Assembly (NCBI GenBank): GCA_050250895.1
Contig: JBFWNU010000001.1
Coordinates: 3,808,149 to 3,872,148, forward strand
Direction of reading: 5' to 3'
Length of the DNA stretch: 64,000 nucleotides
DNA from: Vulcanimicrobiota bacterium
Lineage (GTDB): Bacteria; Vulcanimicrobiota; Xenobia; Xenobiales; JADMJV01
Positions 9,060 through 18,014 of this stretch are shown here, piece by piece. Under the pieces are notes generated by a model. It searched no databases and had not been told where the DNA came from. It saw only the letters and a list, made by a program, of their open reading frames with translations. Positions within the stretch are counted from its first letter, which is position 1; every line of letters begins with the position of its first letter. A program made the position numbers and the translations under genes.

Positions 9060-12000
9060 TCCACGAAGCCTCGCAGCAGACCCTCGACCTTGGCTTTGGC
9101 CAGACTCCCGGCCTGCGCGGCTTTCGCCTGGAGCGTCTCGAGTTGTACAACTGGGGAACCTTCGACGGCAAGGTCTGGCATTACGAACTGGGCGGCAAGA
9201 ATTCGCTCTTGACCGGAGACATCGGCTCGGGCAAGTCGACCATCGTCGACGCCGTCACCACCTTGCTGGTGCCGGCCCATCGCGTGCAATACAATCGCGC
9301 CGCCGGGGCCGACAAGATGGAGCGTTCGCTGCGGTCGTATTTTCTCGGCTACTACAAGGCCACGCGCGGCGAGGTGGGCCCCCAGACCCGGCCGGTGGCC
9401 CATCGCACCCATAACAGCTACTCGGTCGTGTTGGGCACGTTTTTCAATCGCGACTATGGACAGAAGGTCACTCTGGCCCAGGTGTTCTGGATGAAGGAAG
9501 CGACCGGCCAGCCGGCCCGCTTTTATGTGGTGGCCGACCAGGAGCTTTCGGTGGCTGGCGATTTCTGCGACTTCGGGGGCGAGATGAAGGTGCTGCGCAA
9601 GCGATTGCGCCAGGCCGGGGCCGAGCTTTTCGACAGCTTTCCGCCCTATTCGGCAGCCTTTCGCCGGCGCTTCGGGCTGGCCAACGATCAGGCCCTGGAG
9701 CTGTTTCACCAGACGGTTTCGATGAAGGCTGTCGGCAACCTGACCAGCTTCGTGCGCGAGCACATGCTCGAGGAGTTCGACGTTGAGCCCCGCATCCAGG
9801 CTCTCATCGGACACTATGAGGACCTCAACCGCGCCCACGAGGCCGTGCTCAAAGCCCGCGCCCAGGTCGAGGCCCTCACGCCGCTGGTGGCCGACTGCCG
9901 TCGCCATGCCGAGTTGCTGCTACAGGTGGCCGAGTCGCGGGCCTGCCGCGATAGCCTGCGGATTTACTTCATGACGCTCAAGGCCAGCCTGCTGGAGCGA
10001 CGCCTCGAGTTGCTGGCCGCCGACGAGGAGCGTCTGCAGAACCGCCTGGCCAGTGCGCGCCAGAGCCAGCAAGAGGGTGAGACCGAGCGGGGCGAGCTGC
10101 GCCAGGCTATCGCTGCCAACGGAGGCGACCGCTTGCAGCGGCTCGAGGTCGAGATCAAGCACAAGACCGAAATGCGCCAGCGGCGCCAACACAAGCACCA
10201 GCGCTATCTCGAGCGAGTGAAATCGCTGGGTTGGAGCGAACCCGTCGAGGCCGAGCAGTTTCTCGAGCAGCGTCGCCGGGGCGCCAGGCTGCTGGTCGAA
10301 CAGGCCGAGCAAGAGGCCGAGCTCGAGAACCAGCGCACCGAACTGCTGGTCGAAGGCCGCAAGCTGCAAGACACCCACCACGAGCTGCAGCAAGAGCTGG
10401 CCAGCCTGCGAGCCCGGCGCAGCAACATCCACCAGCATCAGGTCGAGATCCGCTCGCGCCTTTGCGCCCAGCTGGGACTGCCCGAATCAGAGCTTGCCTT
10501 CGTGGGCGAGCTGCTGCAGGTGCAAGACAAGGAGCGCGACTGGGAGGGGGCCATCGAGCGCCTGCTACACAACTTCGCCCTCTCGCTACTCGTGCCCGAC
10601 CGCCACTATCGGCGCGTGGCCGAGTGGGTCGATCAGACCCGCTTGCGGGGACGGCTGGTCTATTTTCGGGTGCTGCCCGAGGTGGGCCCGCCGCCGCCGG
10701 CCCAGGCCACCAATTCGCTGGTCTACAAGGTCGACATCAAGCCCGACACGCCTCACTATGGCTGGCTCGACCGCCAACTCAAGCGCCGCTTTGATTTTGC
10801 CTGTTGCGCCAGCCTCGAGGATTTTCGCCGCGAGGTGAAGGCCATCACGCCCAGCGGCCAGATCAAAGCGAAGGGCGAGCGCCACGAGAAGGATGACCGG
10901 CACGCCCTCGACGACCGTAGCCGCTATGTGCTGGGCTGGACCAACGAGGCCAAGATCCGCGTGCTCGAACAACGGCAGGCGGCGCTGGCGGCCGAGATGG
11001 CTTCGATGGCCATGCGTCTCGAGACCCAGAAAAAGACCCTGGCTCAGTTGCGCGAGCAGCAGATCGTGCTCAAGCAGTTGGAGGAGTATCGCGATTTTCA
11101 AGAGATCGATTGGCGTCCACTGGTCAAGGAGATCGCCGATCTGGAGGAGGAGAAGCGGGCGCTCGAGAGCGCCTCGGATGTACTCGTGGAGCTGACCGCT
11201 CGCCTGCACGAGGTTGAAGCGCGGCTGCGCCAGCTCGACGGCGAACTCGAGGCTCAGGTGAAAGAGCTGGGAGCGGTGCAGCAAAAGCAACTGGTGGCCC
11301 GCGAGTTGTTTGAGGAGGCCACTGCCGTCCCACCCACCGAGGACGAGCGCCAGCGTTTTCCGGTGCTGGAAAAGATCCGCCACGAGGCGCTGGAACAGCA
11401 TCAGCTTACGGTCGAGTCGTGTGCCAATCGCGAGCATGATGTGCGCGAATGGCTGACCCGCCAGATCGACAATGAAGACAAGAAGATCGAACGTTGCCGC
11501 GAGCGCATCCTCAAGGCCATGGGCAAGTTCTGCAACGACTATCCCCTCGACACCCAGGAGATGGACGTCAACGTGGCCGCCGGAGCCGAGTTTGCCGAGC
11601 TGCTCGAGCGTCTTCACCGCGATGACCTGCCCCGTTTTGAAGAGCGATTCAAGCAGTTGCTCAACGAGAACACCATCCGCGAGATCGCCAATTTCCAGTC
11701 GCAGCTCAACCGCGAGCGTGAGAGCATCCGCGAGCGGGTCGAGCAGATCAATGGTTCGCTGCGCCAGATCGATTACAATCCCGGGCGTTACATCGTGCTC
11801 GAGCTGCAACGCACCATCGACGCCGAGATTCGCGACTTTCAGAGCGAACTGCGGGCCTGCACCGAGGGGGCTTTGACGGGCAGCGACGACGAGCAATACT
11901 CCGAGCAGAAGTTTCTCAAAGTGCGCGAAATCATCGAGCGTTTTCGCGGTCGCGAGGGTCAGGCCGAACTCGACCGGCGCTGGACCCGCAAGGTGACCGA

Positions 12001-12433
12001 TGTGCGCCAGTGGTTCACTTTCTCGGCCTCAGAGCGCTGGAAGGCCGACGACACAGAGCACGAGCACTATGCCGACTCGGGCGGCAAATCGGGCGGTCAG
12101 AAAGAGAAGCTGGCCTACACCGTGTTGGCCGCCAGCCTCAGTTACCAGTTTGGCCTCGAGGCGGGCGCGACCCGCTCGCGCACTTTCCACTTCGTGGTCA
12201 TCGACGAGGCTTTCAGCCGCTCGTCGGACGAGTCTACCCGCTTTGGTCTCGAACTCTTCCAGACCCTCGACCTGCAGCTGATGATCGTGACTCCGCTGCA
12301 AAAGATCCACATCATCGAGCCTTATGTGGCCAGCGTGGGATTCTGTCATAACGATGGCGAGACGTTCAAGTCGGCCATCCAGAATCTCACCATCGAGGAG
12401 TATCGCCGGCGCAAGGACGCCGCTCTTTCTTGA
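9056..12433 (+). CDS. jetC: Wadjet JetC, SMC/MukB-like ATPase
   Basis: Walker A GDIGSGKS, long coiled coil, signature KSGGQ, Walker B VVIDEAF. Start placed at GTG 9056 (GTGA overlap with jetB stop, CAGGAG SD upstream). Confidence 0.88.
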   Translation: MIHEASQQTLDLGFGQTPGLRGFRLERLELYNWGTFDGKVWHYELGGKNSLLTGDIGSGKSTIVDAVTTLLVPAHRVQYNRAAGADKMERSLRSYFLGYYKATRGEVGPQTRPVAHRTHNSYSVVLGTFFNRDYGQKVTLAQVFWMKEATGQPARFYVVADQELSVAGDFCDFGGEMKVLRKRLRQAGAELFDSFPPYSAAFRRRFGLANDQALELFHQTVSMKAVGNLTSFVREHMLEEFDVEPRIQALIGHYEDLNRAHEAVLKARAQVEALTPLVADCRRHAELLLQVAESRACRDSLRIYFMTLKASLLERRLELLAADEERLQNRLASARQSQQEGETERGELRQAIAANGGDRLQRLEVEIKHKTEMRQRRQHKHQRYLERVKSLGWSEPVEAEQFLEQRRRGARLLVEQAEQEAELENQRTELLVEGRKLQDTHHELQQELASLRARRSNIHQHQVEIRSRLCAQLGLPESELAFVGELLQVQDKERDWEGAIERLLHNFALSLLVPDRHYRRVAEWVDQTRLRGRLVYFRVLPEVGPPPPAQATNSLVYKVDIKPDTPHYGWLDRQLKRRFDFACCASLEDFRREVKAITPSGQIKAKGERHEKDDRHALDDRSRYVLGWTNEAKIRVLEQRQAALAAEMASMAMRLETQKKTLAQLREQQIVLKQLEEYRDFQEIDWRPLVKEIADLEEEKRALESASDVLVELTARLHEVEARLRQLDGELEAQVKELGAVQQKQLVARELFEEATAVPPTEDERQRFPVLEKIRHEALEQHQLTVESCANREHDVREWLTRQIDNEDKKIERCRERILKAMGKFCNDYPLDTQEMDVNVAAGAEFAELLERLHRDDLPRFEERFKQLLNENTIREIANFQSQLNRERESIRERVEQINGSLRQIDYNPGRYIVLELQRTIDAEIRDFQSELRACTEGALTGSDDEQYSEQKFLKVREIIERFRGREGQAELDRRWTRKVTDVRQWFTFSASERWKADDTEHEHYADSGGKSGGQKEKLAYTVLAASLSYQFGLEAGATRSRTFHFVVIDEAFSRSSDESTRFGLELFQTLDLQLMIVTPLQKIHIIEPYVASVGFCHNDGETFKSAIQNLTIEEYRRRKDAALS

Positions 12434-13593
12434 GCTGGACCCGCCCCGCCGACATCCGGGCCCGGCTGGCCAAGCAGTGGGAGCAGGGCAAGTTCCTGGC
12501 CGCCCTGGTGACGGGCCAACAGCTCTTCCCGCTTCGCCTTGGCTTGAAGAAGCCGACCTCTGCCGAGCTGGCCTCGCGCTTTGCCGAAGTGCAGGACTGG
12601 ATCGCCGAGCTGGCCCGCGGCGACTATCGCCTGGAATTCAAGAGCGTGCGCCATCGGGTCATCGGCGAGAACCAGGTGCCCGGCGCCATCTGGCTCGATT
12701 CCATCGATCAGCTGGCCGCCTTTTTGCGCAAGGGAGCCGAGTTGCAGCGCTTTCGCCAACTGCTAGATCTCACTCCGGCCCCGCTCCAGCCCTGGCTGGG
12801 GCGCCGCCCCATGCAGGCCCTGACCTTGTTTGATGAGTGGCCCACCCTGCTGCGCACGGTCAGTTGGATGGGCGCCCATCCCCGGCCGGGCATCTACACT
12901 CGCCAACTCGATCTCGAGGGAGTCCACACCAAGTTTCTCGAGCAGCATGCGCGGGTGCTGGCCGAACTGTTCGAGCTGGCCCTGCCCCCCGAGGCCATCG
13001 ACCTCGACCAGAGTCGCTTCGAGCAGCGCTTCGGCTTTCGCCGGCGGCCGCCCCGGGTGCGCCTACGCTTTCTGGGCCAGGGGTTTGCGGGCCTGACTGA
13101 TCTGACTCTGACGGTCGAAGAGCTGTCCGCCTTCGAGCCGGGGGTATCCCAGGTGTTCGTAACCGAGAACGAAGTGAACTTCCTGGCCTTTCCCGACCTG
13201 GCCGACAGCCTGGTGTTGCTGGGCGGAGGCTACGCGGTCGAACTCTTTTCAGGTCTGCCCTGGCTGCGCAGCTTGCCGATCTACTACTGGGGCGACATCG
13301 ATACCCATGGTTTCGCCATCCTCGACGGGCTACGGGCGGCCTTTCCCCAGACCGTCTCTTTCTTGATGGATCGAGCGACCCTTCTCGAACACCGGTCTCG
13401 CTGGGTCACCGAGCCCTCACCAGCCCGTCGCGAATTGCCACACCTGACTCCTCAAGAGCAAGCTCTCTATCAAGACCTGCTCGACCATCACCTGGGGTAT
13501 GGCGTGCGGCTCGAGCAAGAGCTGGTCGGCTTCAATCGGGTTCTCGACGCCCTGCGTGGGCTGGGCTTCAAGCCGATTCCTCCAGGCGGGTGA
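12430..13593 (+). CDS. jetD: Wadjet JetD TOPRIM nuclease (DUF3322+DUF2220)
   Basis: GVHTKF, VTENEVNF, YWGDIDTHGF and RLEQE motifs. Overlaps jetC stop. Confidence 0.88.
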   Translation: MSWTRPADIRARLAKQWEQGKFLAALVTGQQLFPLRLGLKKPTSAELASRFAEVQDWIAELARGDYRLEFKSVRHRVIGENQVPGAIWLDSIDQLAAFLRKGAELQRFRQLLDLTPAPLQPWLGRRPMQALTLFDEWPTLLRTVSWMGAHPRPGIYTRQLDLEGVHTKFLEQHARVLAELFELALPPEAIDLDQSRFEQRFGFRRRPPRVRLRFLGQGFAGLTDLTLTVEELSAFEPGVSQVFVTENEVNFLAFPDLADSLVLLGGGYAVELFSGLPWLRSLPIYYWGDIDTHGFAILDGLRAAFPQTVSFLMDRATLLEHRSRWVTEPSPARRELPHLTPQEQALYQDLLDHHLGYGVRLEQELVGFNRVLDALRGLGFKPIPPGG

Positions 13594-13719
13594 GAGGGTC
13601 GTGGCCCGCGCCGCCAAGCTGGGGTACGGCGTCCGAAGGAGAGAGAGCGCGACCCCTTGAAATGGGCTTGACGCCAGGAGGGTCACTTGAGGAATAGCTA
13701 CTACCAGCCCGGTGGGAGG

Positions 13720-14613
13720 ATGCCCCCGATCAACCGCCACGTTACCCTGGTTTCAGACGACGCGGGTCACCGAGCAGTTCAGAAGGCCCACGACAAAGTG
13801 CACGCGCTAACCGAGGTCGAGGCCGCGGTGCTGCGTCGCTGCGACGGTCAAACCCTCCTCTCGGAGGTCGCGGGCGAGCTACCGCCAGACACCACACTGG
13901 ACGAAATCCTGGCCAGCTTCGGCGAGAAGCACTTGCTGACCGCCGGGTTCATGCCCTTTCGCTACCCGTCAGAGTCTCAACAGCTTGGAGACGAGACGCT
14001 GGTCTACGTTTACGAAACGGCCAATGTTCATCTATTGCAACCACTGGCTGCTCGGATTTATGCGGCCTGCGACGGCCGGCCAGTGCAAGAGATGGAGGAG
14101 GAGGTCGGAGACGACGCGCTCTGGCAAGCCCTGGAAGAACTTAGCAGCAATGAACTGGTTCCCAAAGGGCATCCCACCCGGCGGCGCGTGCTTAAGACCG
14201 TGGCCGCCCTTCCGCTGGTGCTGTCTCAATTGGTTCCGTCCGCCTCGGCCGCCGCCTCTGCTTGCATCATGGAGACTTTTGATGAGTGCAATGCGACGGT
14301 CCAAGACCCGCCAATGACGTGTACGCCTTGCTGTAACAACGGCGGCGGCAGCTGCGGGACGAGCTGTGCAACCAATTGTACAAGTTGTTGGTGCCTTGGA
14401 CGGCGTACTTGCTCGGGAGGCGATTGCACCACCCCCGGCCAGTTCTGTCACAACGATACATCCTCTGGAGTTGGACGCTGCTTCGAGGATGGCACCAACC
14501 CCATTTGCGTTTTTGGAGCATTCAACCCCTGTCGCAAGAATTGCGATGCGGCCCGGGCCGATGCAGCCTCGGGCGGAGCCGCGAACTATCGATGCTGCGA
14601 AGGGTGCTCTTAG
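13720..14613 (+). CDS. Tandem PqqD/RRE-like domains + twin-arginine-like leader + Cys-rich C-terminal domain
   Basis: Two PqqD-like repeats (VHALTEVEAAVLRRCDG; VHLLQPLAARIYAACDG), then TRRRVLKTVAALPLVLSQLVPSASAAAS and a tail with 20 Cys. Start uncertain (13687 or 13720). Confidence 0.65.
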   Translation: MPPINRHVTLVSDDAGHRAVQKAHDKVHALTEVEAAVLRRCDGQTLLSEVAGELPPDTTLDEILASFGEKHLLTAGFMPFRYPSESQQLGDETLVYVYETANVHLLQPLAARIYAACDGRPVQEMEEEVGDDALWQALEELSSNELVPKGHPTRRRVLKTVAALPLVLSQLVPSASAAASACIMETFDECNATVQDPPMTCTPCCNNGGGSCGTSCATNCTSCWCLGRRTCSGGDCTTPGQFCHNDTSSGVGRCFEDGTNPICVFGAFNPCRKNCDAARADAASGGAANYRCCEGCS

Positions 14614-14868
14614 GCCTTCCTTTGTCCGCGTGCTGCCTATCAACGCGGTGACGACCTCATGGCTGACAAGAGGTCAGCCTCTCCAGTTCATACTGATGTA
14701 TAAGAGTGTCTTTCGAATAAGGATTCGAGATTGCCCTTTCTGTTTCTCGACTGGAAGGAGAGGTTTCGGGTTCGGCAATCGAGAATTGGCTTCGATCCAG
14801 TCGGGGACCAAGCCGCCGGCTTAGGACGGGCATGGTCGAGAAGGGGGGAGTTGACCTTGACGAGATGG

Positions 14869-15762
14869 ATGGCACTAGTGCGGCTTGTTTTGGCCGTGGT
14901 TTTGACCTGGACCATTCCGGTGCTCGGGCAGAGCCAGTCTGTGCCTGAAAGAACCGATGACAACCTGATCGTGGCGGCCTACAACATTCAGTTTCTTGGA
15001 GAGAGGGACCACGACCTCAAGAAACTGGCAAAGGTCATCCAACATTTCGACGTTTGCGGCGTTGTAGAACTCAAGTCTGAAACCGAGCTAAGAGAGCTTC
15101 GGGCCGCCTTGGAAGCCACCACGAACGAGCGCTGGGGTTACGTCTTCGGAGTGCGAACCCATAGACCCCAGGGCAACTACCACGAAGCGTTTGGAGCTTT
15201 GTGGCGACGCGACCGGGTCGAGCTGGGAGACGGGGTAGTGGGCGGGCTCTGGGACCACGCCGAGGAGTTTCGCAATGATCCTTTTATCGTGTCCTTCGTG
15301 CGCAGAGGTTTTGACTTCTCTATGATCCTGCTCCACACACGCTGGACCAACGATCCCGAGGGGACCAGGGCCAATGAAGTGGCTGCGATAGGCAGGCATT
15401 CGAATTGGCTTCGCCAGTTTTTGCCTGAGCGCGACATTCTGGTGGCCGGCGATTTCAACTATCCCGGCACTCGGGCCGAGATGAAGGCGCTGAGTCAGGC
15501 CGCTGGGTTGAGCCAGCTTGACGAGGATCCCAAGTCGACCTTCAGTGGTGATGCCTCCCATTATGTGAGCTCGTACGATCACATCTACGCCAATACTTTC
15601 CTTACCAAAGAATACGTGTCCGGTAGTTGCACCACCCTCGACAGTACGTTCGTCGTGTATGCGGACAACTCGCCAGAGTCGATGAAGCTCTCGAAGTCCG
15701 AGTTGTCGGACCATCTGCCGGTGTTCGCCGTCTTCGACGTGAGCAAACCCGACGACGACTAG
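14869..15762 (+). CDS. Secreted endonuclease/exonuclease/phosphatase (DNase I-like)
   Basis: YNIQ, VVE, AGDFN, YDHI and LSDHLPV motifs. Signal-like N-terminus from ATG ~14869 (start approximate). Confidence 0.8.
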   Translation: MALVRLVLAVVLTWTIPVLGQSQSVPERTDDNLIVAAYNIQFLGERDHDLKKLAKVIQHFDVCGVVELKSETELRELRAALEATTNERWGYVFGVRTHRPQGNYHEAFGALWRRDRVELGDGVVGGLWDHAEEFRNDPFIVSFVRRGFDFSMILLHTRWTNDPEGTRANEVAAIGRHSNWLRQFLPERDILVAGDFNYPGTRAEMKALSQAAGLSQLDEDPKSTFSGDASHYVSSYDHIYANTFLTKEYVSGSCTTLDSTFVVYADNSPESMKLSKSELSDHLPVFAVFDVSKPDDD

Positions 15763-15834
15763 CGAAGGGCGTGAGACGGAGGGCGCCTTGGGCCGACTAC
15801 GAAGTCTCCGTCATCAATTGTGACTGGGGGTCGA

Positions 15835-17676
15835 ATGGACAAGAAGGAATGTGATCTGGTGATGAAGGGTGGCCTCACCAGCGGTATCGTCTATCCGCCG
15901 GCCGTGCTGGCCCTGGCCGACGAATACACCTTTCGCAACATTGGCGGCACCTCGGCCGGCGCCATTGCGGCGGCTGCCACCGCGGCTGCCCAGATGGGAG
16001 AGAACCGGCGGGCCGCCGAGGCGCTCGACTCGTCTGAAGTGGGCTTTGCGGGTTTGCGCAAGCTCAACCAGGAGCTGACCAAACCGGGCTTTCTCTTCGC
16101 CCGCTTTGTGCCCCGACCCCGGCTGCGTCGCCTCTGGGAGGCGGCTGTCTTGTTTCTCGCGCCCACCAGGCCTGAACTCGGCCAGGTGCTATCCGCCCTG
16201 CACGGTCGGGGCGAAGGCCGCACCGCCAGCATACTGAAGCTGTGGAATTCCCGGTGGATGATCGTCGGCGGGGCGGTGCTGGCGCTCTATCTGGCCATCG
16301 TAGTGCCTTTGGTGGTTGGGAAGGGCTCGTGGTGGGCCTTCGGTTTCTCTTTCGCTTTCTTGCTGGTCGTCGGCGCCGCCTTGCGAGAGCTTTGCCTCGG
16401 GCTTTGGAATGACCTGAAGAACGACTGTCTGGACGCCGTCCAACCTTTTCTCGAGCGTCCCCAGGAGATTGGCTACGGCTTTTGCACGGGCACCGATTCC
16501 GAGCCGGGTGGTGCACTGTGTGACTGGTTGCATGACTGGTTCGCCCGCATGGCCGGGCACCCTAAGGGACATGTATTGACCTTCGGTGAGTTGGAAGAGT
16601 GGCGCGTCAAGCTGCGTATGGTCACCACCAGTCTGAGCCATCGCCAGCCTCTCGGCTTGCCCTTCGAGAAGCAGATCTTCTTGTTTCGCGAGCAGGAGAT
16701 GCGCGAGTATTTCCCGGCCGCGGTGGTGGACCATCTGGTGCGCCACGCCTATCAGCCCAAGAAACTCGATGACAGCGAACTAAGGCGCCAGGGATACTAC
16801 TTTCTGCCTGAGCCCCAGCAGCTTCCGGTGCTTTTTGCCACCCGTCTCAGCCTGAGCTTTCCCATCCTGTTCGCGGCCGTGCCGCTCTACACGCCCGACT
16901 TTTCCAAAGCGCGCAAAGACTGGAAGCCCGGTCCCGAGGACCTGCAGCGATGCTGGTTCAACGACGGCGGAATCGGCTGTAATTTTCCGGTCAGCATGTT
17001 CGACTCCTGGCTGCCGACCAGACCGACCTTCGGCATCACCCTGGGCGGGCTGCCCGATCAATTCCGCGGGGCGGGCCGCAGTGGCCCGGGCGCCAGGGTT
17101 GCTCCTGACCAGGACGTGGTATTGCCCCGGGCCAACGAGTTCATCGGCTATCGCTGGGAAGAGATTGGGGACAACATGCCGGCCCTGGGCTCGGCCATCT
17201 GGTCCACTGCTCAGAACTTCCGCGACAATCTGCAGTCGACGCTGCCGGGCTCACGCGACCGGGTGGTCGAGGTTCGTCTGACCAGCAGCGAGGGAGGCCT
17301 CAATCTCGACATGCCCCCCGCGGCCATCCAGGCCATGGTCGACAAGGGCGAGCGGGCCGGAGCCCTGCTCTTGAAGGAGTTTCGCTGGGACTACCACCGC
17401 TGGGTGCGACTCCGTCTCTTACTGGGCGAACTCCAGGCCGACGCCGAGGAACTCAAGGTCTGTTTGAAAGACCCACTCTATCGCGACCTCTTTGACGAGC
17501 TCGAAGGCGGAGGCGACTTTCCTTATAGCACCAGCCAGGAGTTCTTCACCCAGGCTCTCAAGAGCCTCCAAAAGCTAGTGAAAGCCTTCGAGACCGAGCA
17601 AGACCTGGCCAAAGGGGCTCCAGCTGCGGCCGCCGACATGCAGATCGCGCCCAGCCTGGTGCGGCGCCAACGCTAG
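15835..17676 (+). CDS. Patatin-like phospholipase with internal transmembrane hairpin
   Basis: GGLTSG oxyanion loop, GTSAG nucleophile, DGG catalytic Asp, and two hydrophobic segments. Confidence 0.85.
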   Translation: MDKKECDLVMKGGLTSGIVYPPAVLALADEYTFRNIGGTSAGAIAAAATAAAQMGENRRAAEALDSSEVGFAGLRKLNQELTKPGFLFARFVPRPRLRRLWEAAVLFLAPTRPELGQVLSALHGRGEGRTASILKLWNSRWMIVGGAVLALYLAIVVPLVVGKGSWWAFGFSFAFLLVVGAALRELCLGLWNDLKNDCLDAVQPFLERPQEIGYGFCTGTDSEPGGALCDWLHDWFARMAGHPKGHVLTFGELEEWRVKLRMVTTSLSHRQPLGLPFEKQIFLFREQEMREYFPAAVVDHLVRHAYQPKKLDDSELRRQGYYFLPEPQQLPVLFATRLSLSFPILFAAVPLYTPDFSKARKDWKPGPEDLQRCWFNDGGIGCNFPVSMFDSWLPTRPTFGITLGGLPDQFRGAGRSGPGARVAPDQDVVLPRANEFIGYRWEEIGDNMPALGSAIWSTAQNFRDNLQSTLPGSRDRVVEVRLTSSEGGLNLDMPPAAIQAMVDKGERAGALLLKEFRWDYHRWVRLRLLLGELQADAEELKVCLKDPLYRDLFDELEGGGDFPYSTSQEFFTQALKSLQKLVKAFETEQDLAKGAPAAAADMQIAPSLVRRQR

Positions 17677-17773
17677 AGCCGGAGCAGACCCGGCGGTTCG
17701 TCGCCAAGAAGAGTTTACAATTGTCCGACCTCACAGTTTGGCGGCAGAAAAGCCCGTTACGCGTCGGTCGAGT

Positions 17774-17971
17774 ATGCTCCCATGCTGCAATAGTGGAGGG
17801 GGTGCCTGTCTGACGAGCTGTGCAACCAACTGCACATGTTGCTGGTGCCTTGGGCGCCGAGGCTGTTCGGGAGGCGGCTGCTCCCCGGCTCTTAAGCCGC
17901 CGACTACACCGGGTCGGGGTGGGTGCCGGTTGCTCCGGCGAAATCCCGTAAAAACCCGGCAGCACGCCTAA
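17774..17971 (+). pseudogene. Orphan copy of the Cys-rich segment of the 13720-14613 protein
   Basis: 17780-17881 encodes PCCNSGGGACLTSCATNCTCCWCLGRRGCSGGGC, 28/34 aa identical to the product of 14326-14427. No RRE or leader upstream. Confidence 0.6.
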
Positions 17972-18014
17972 AAGCTTTCAGACTCCTTTCAACCTGGTCT
18001 GATAGCCTTAGCCT

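Noticed and set aside
14326-17881. Cys-rich repeat pair as a DGR template/variable repeat
   Set aside because: Differences are mostly synonymous third-position changes, not adenine-specific, and no reverse transcriptase is in the window.
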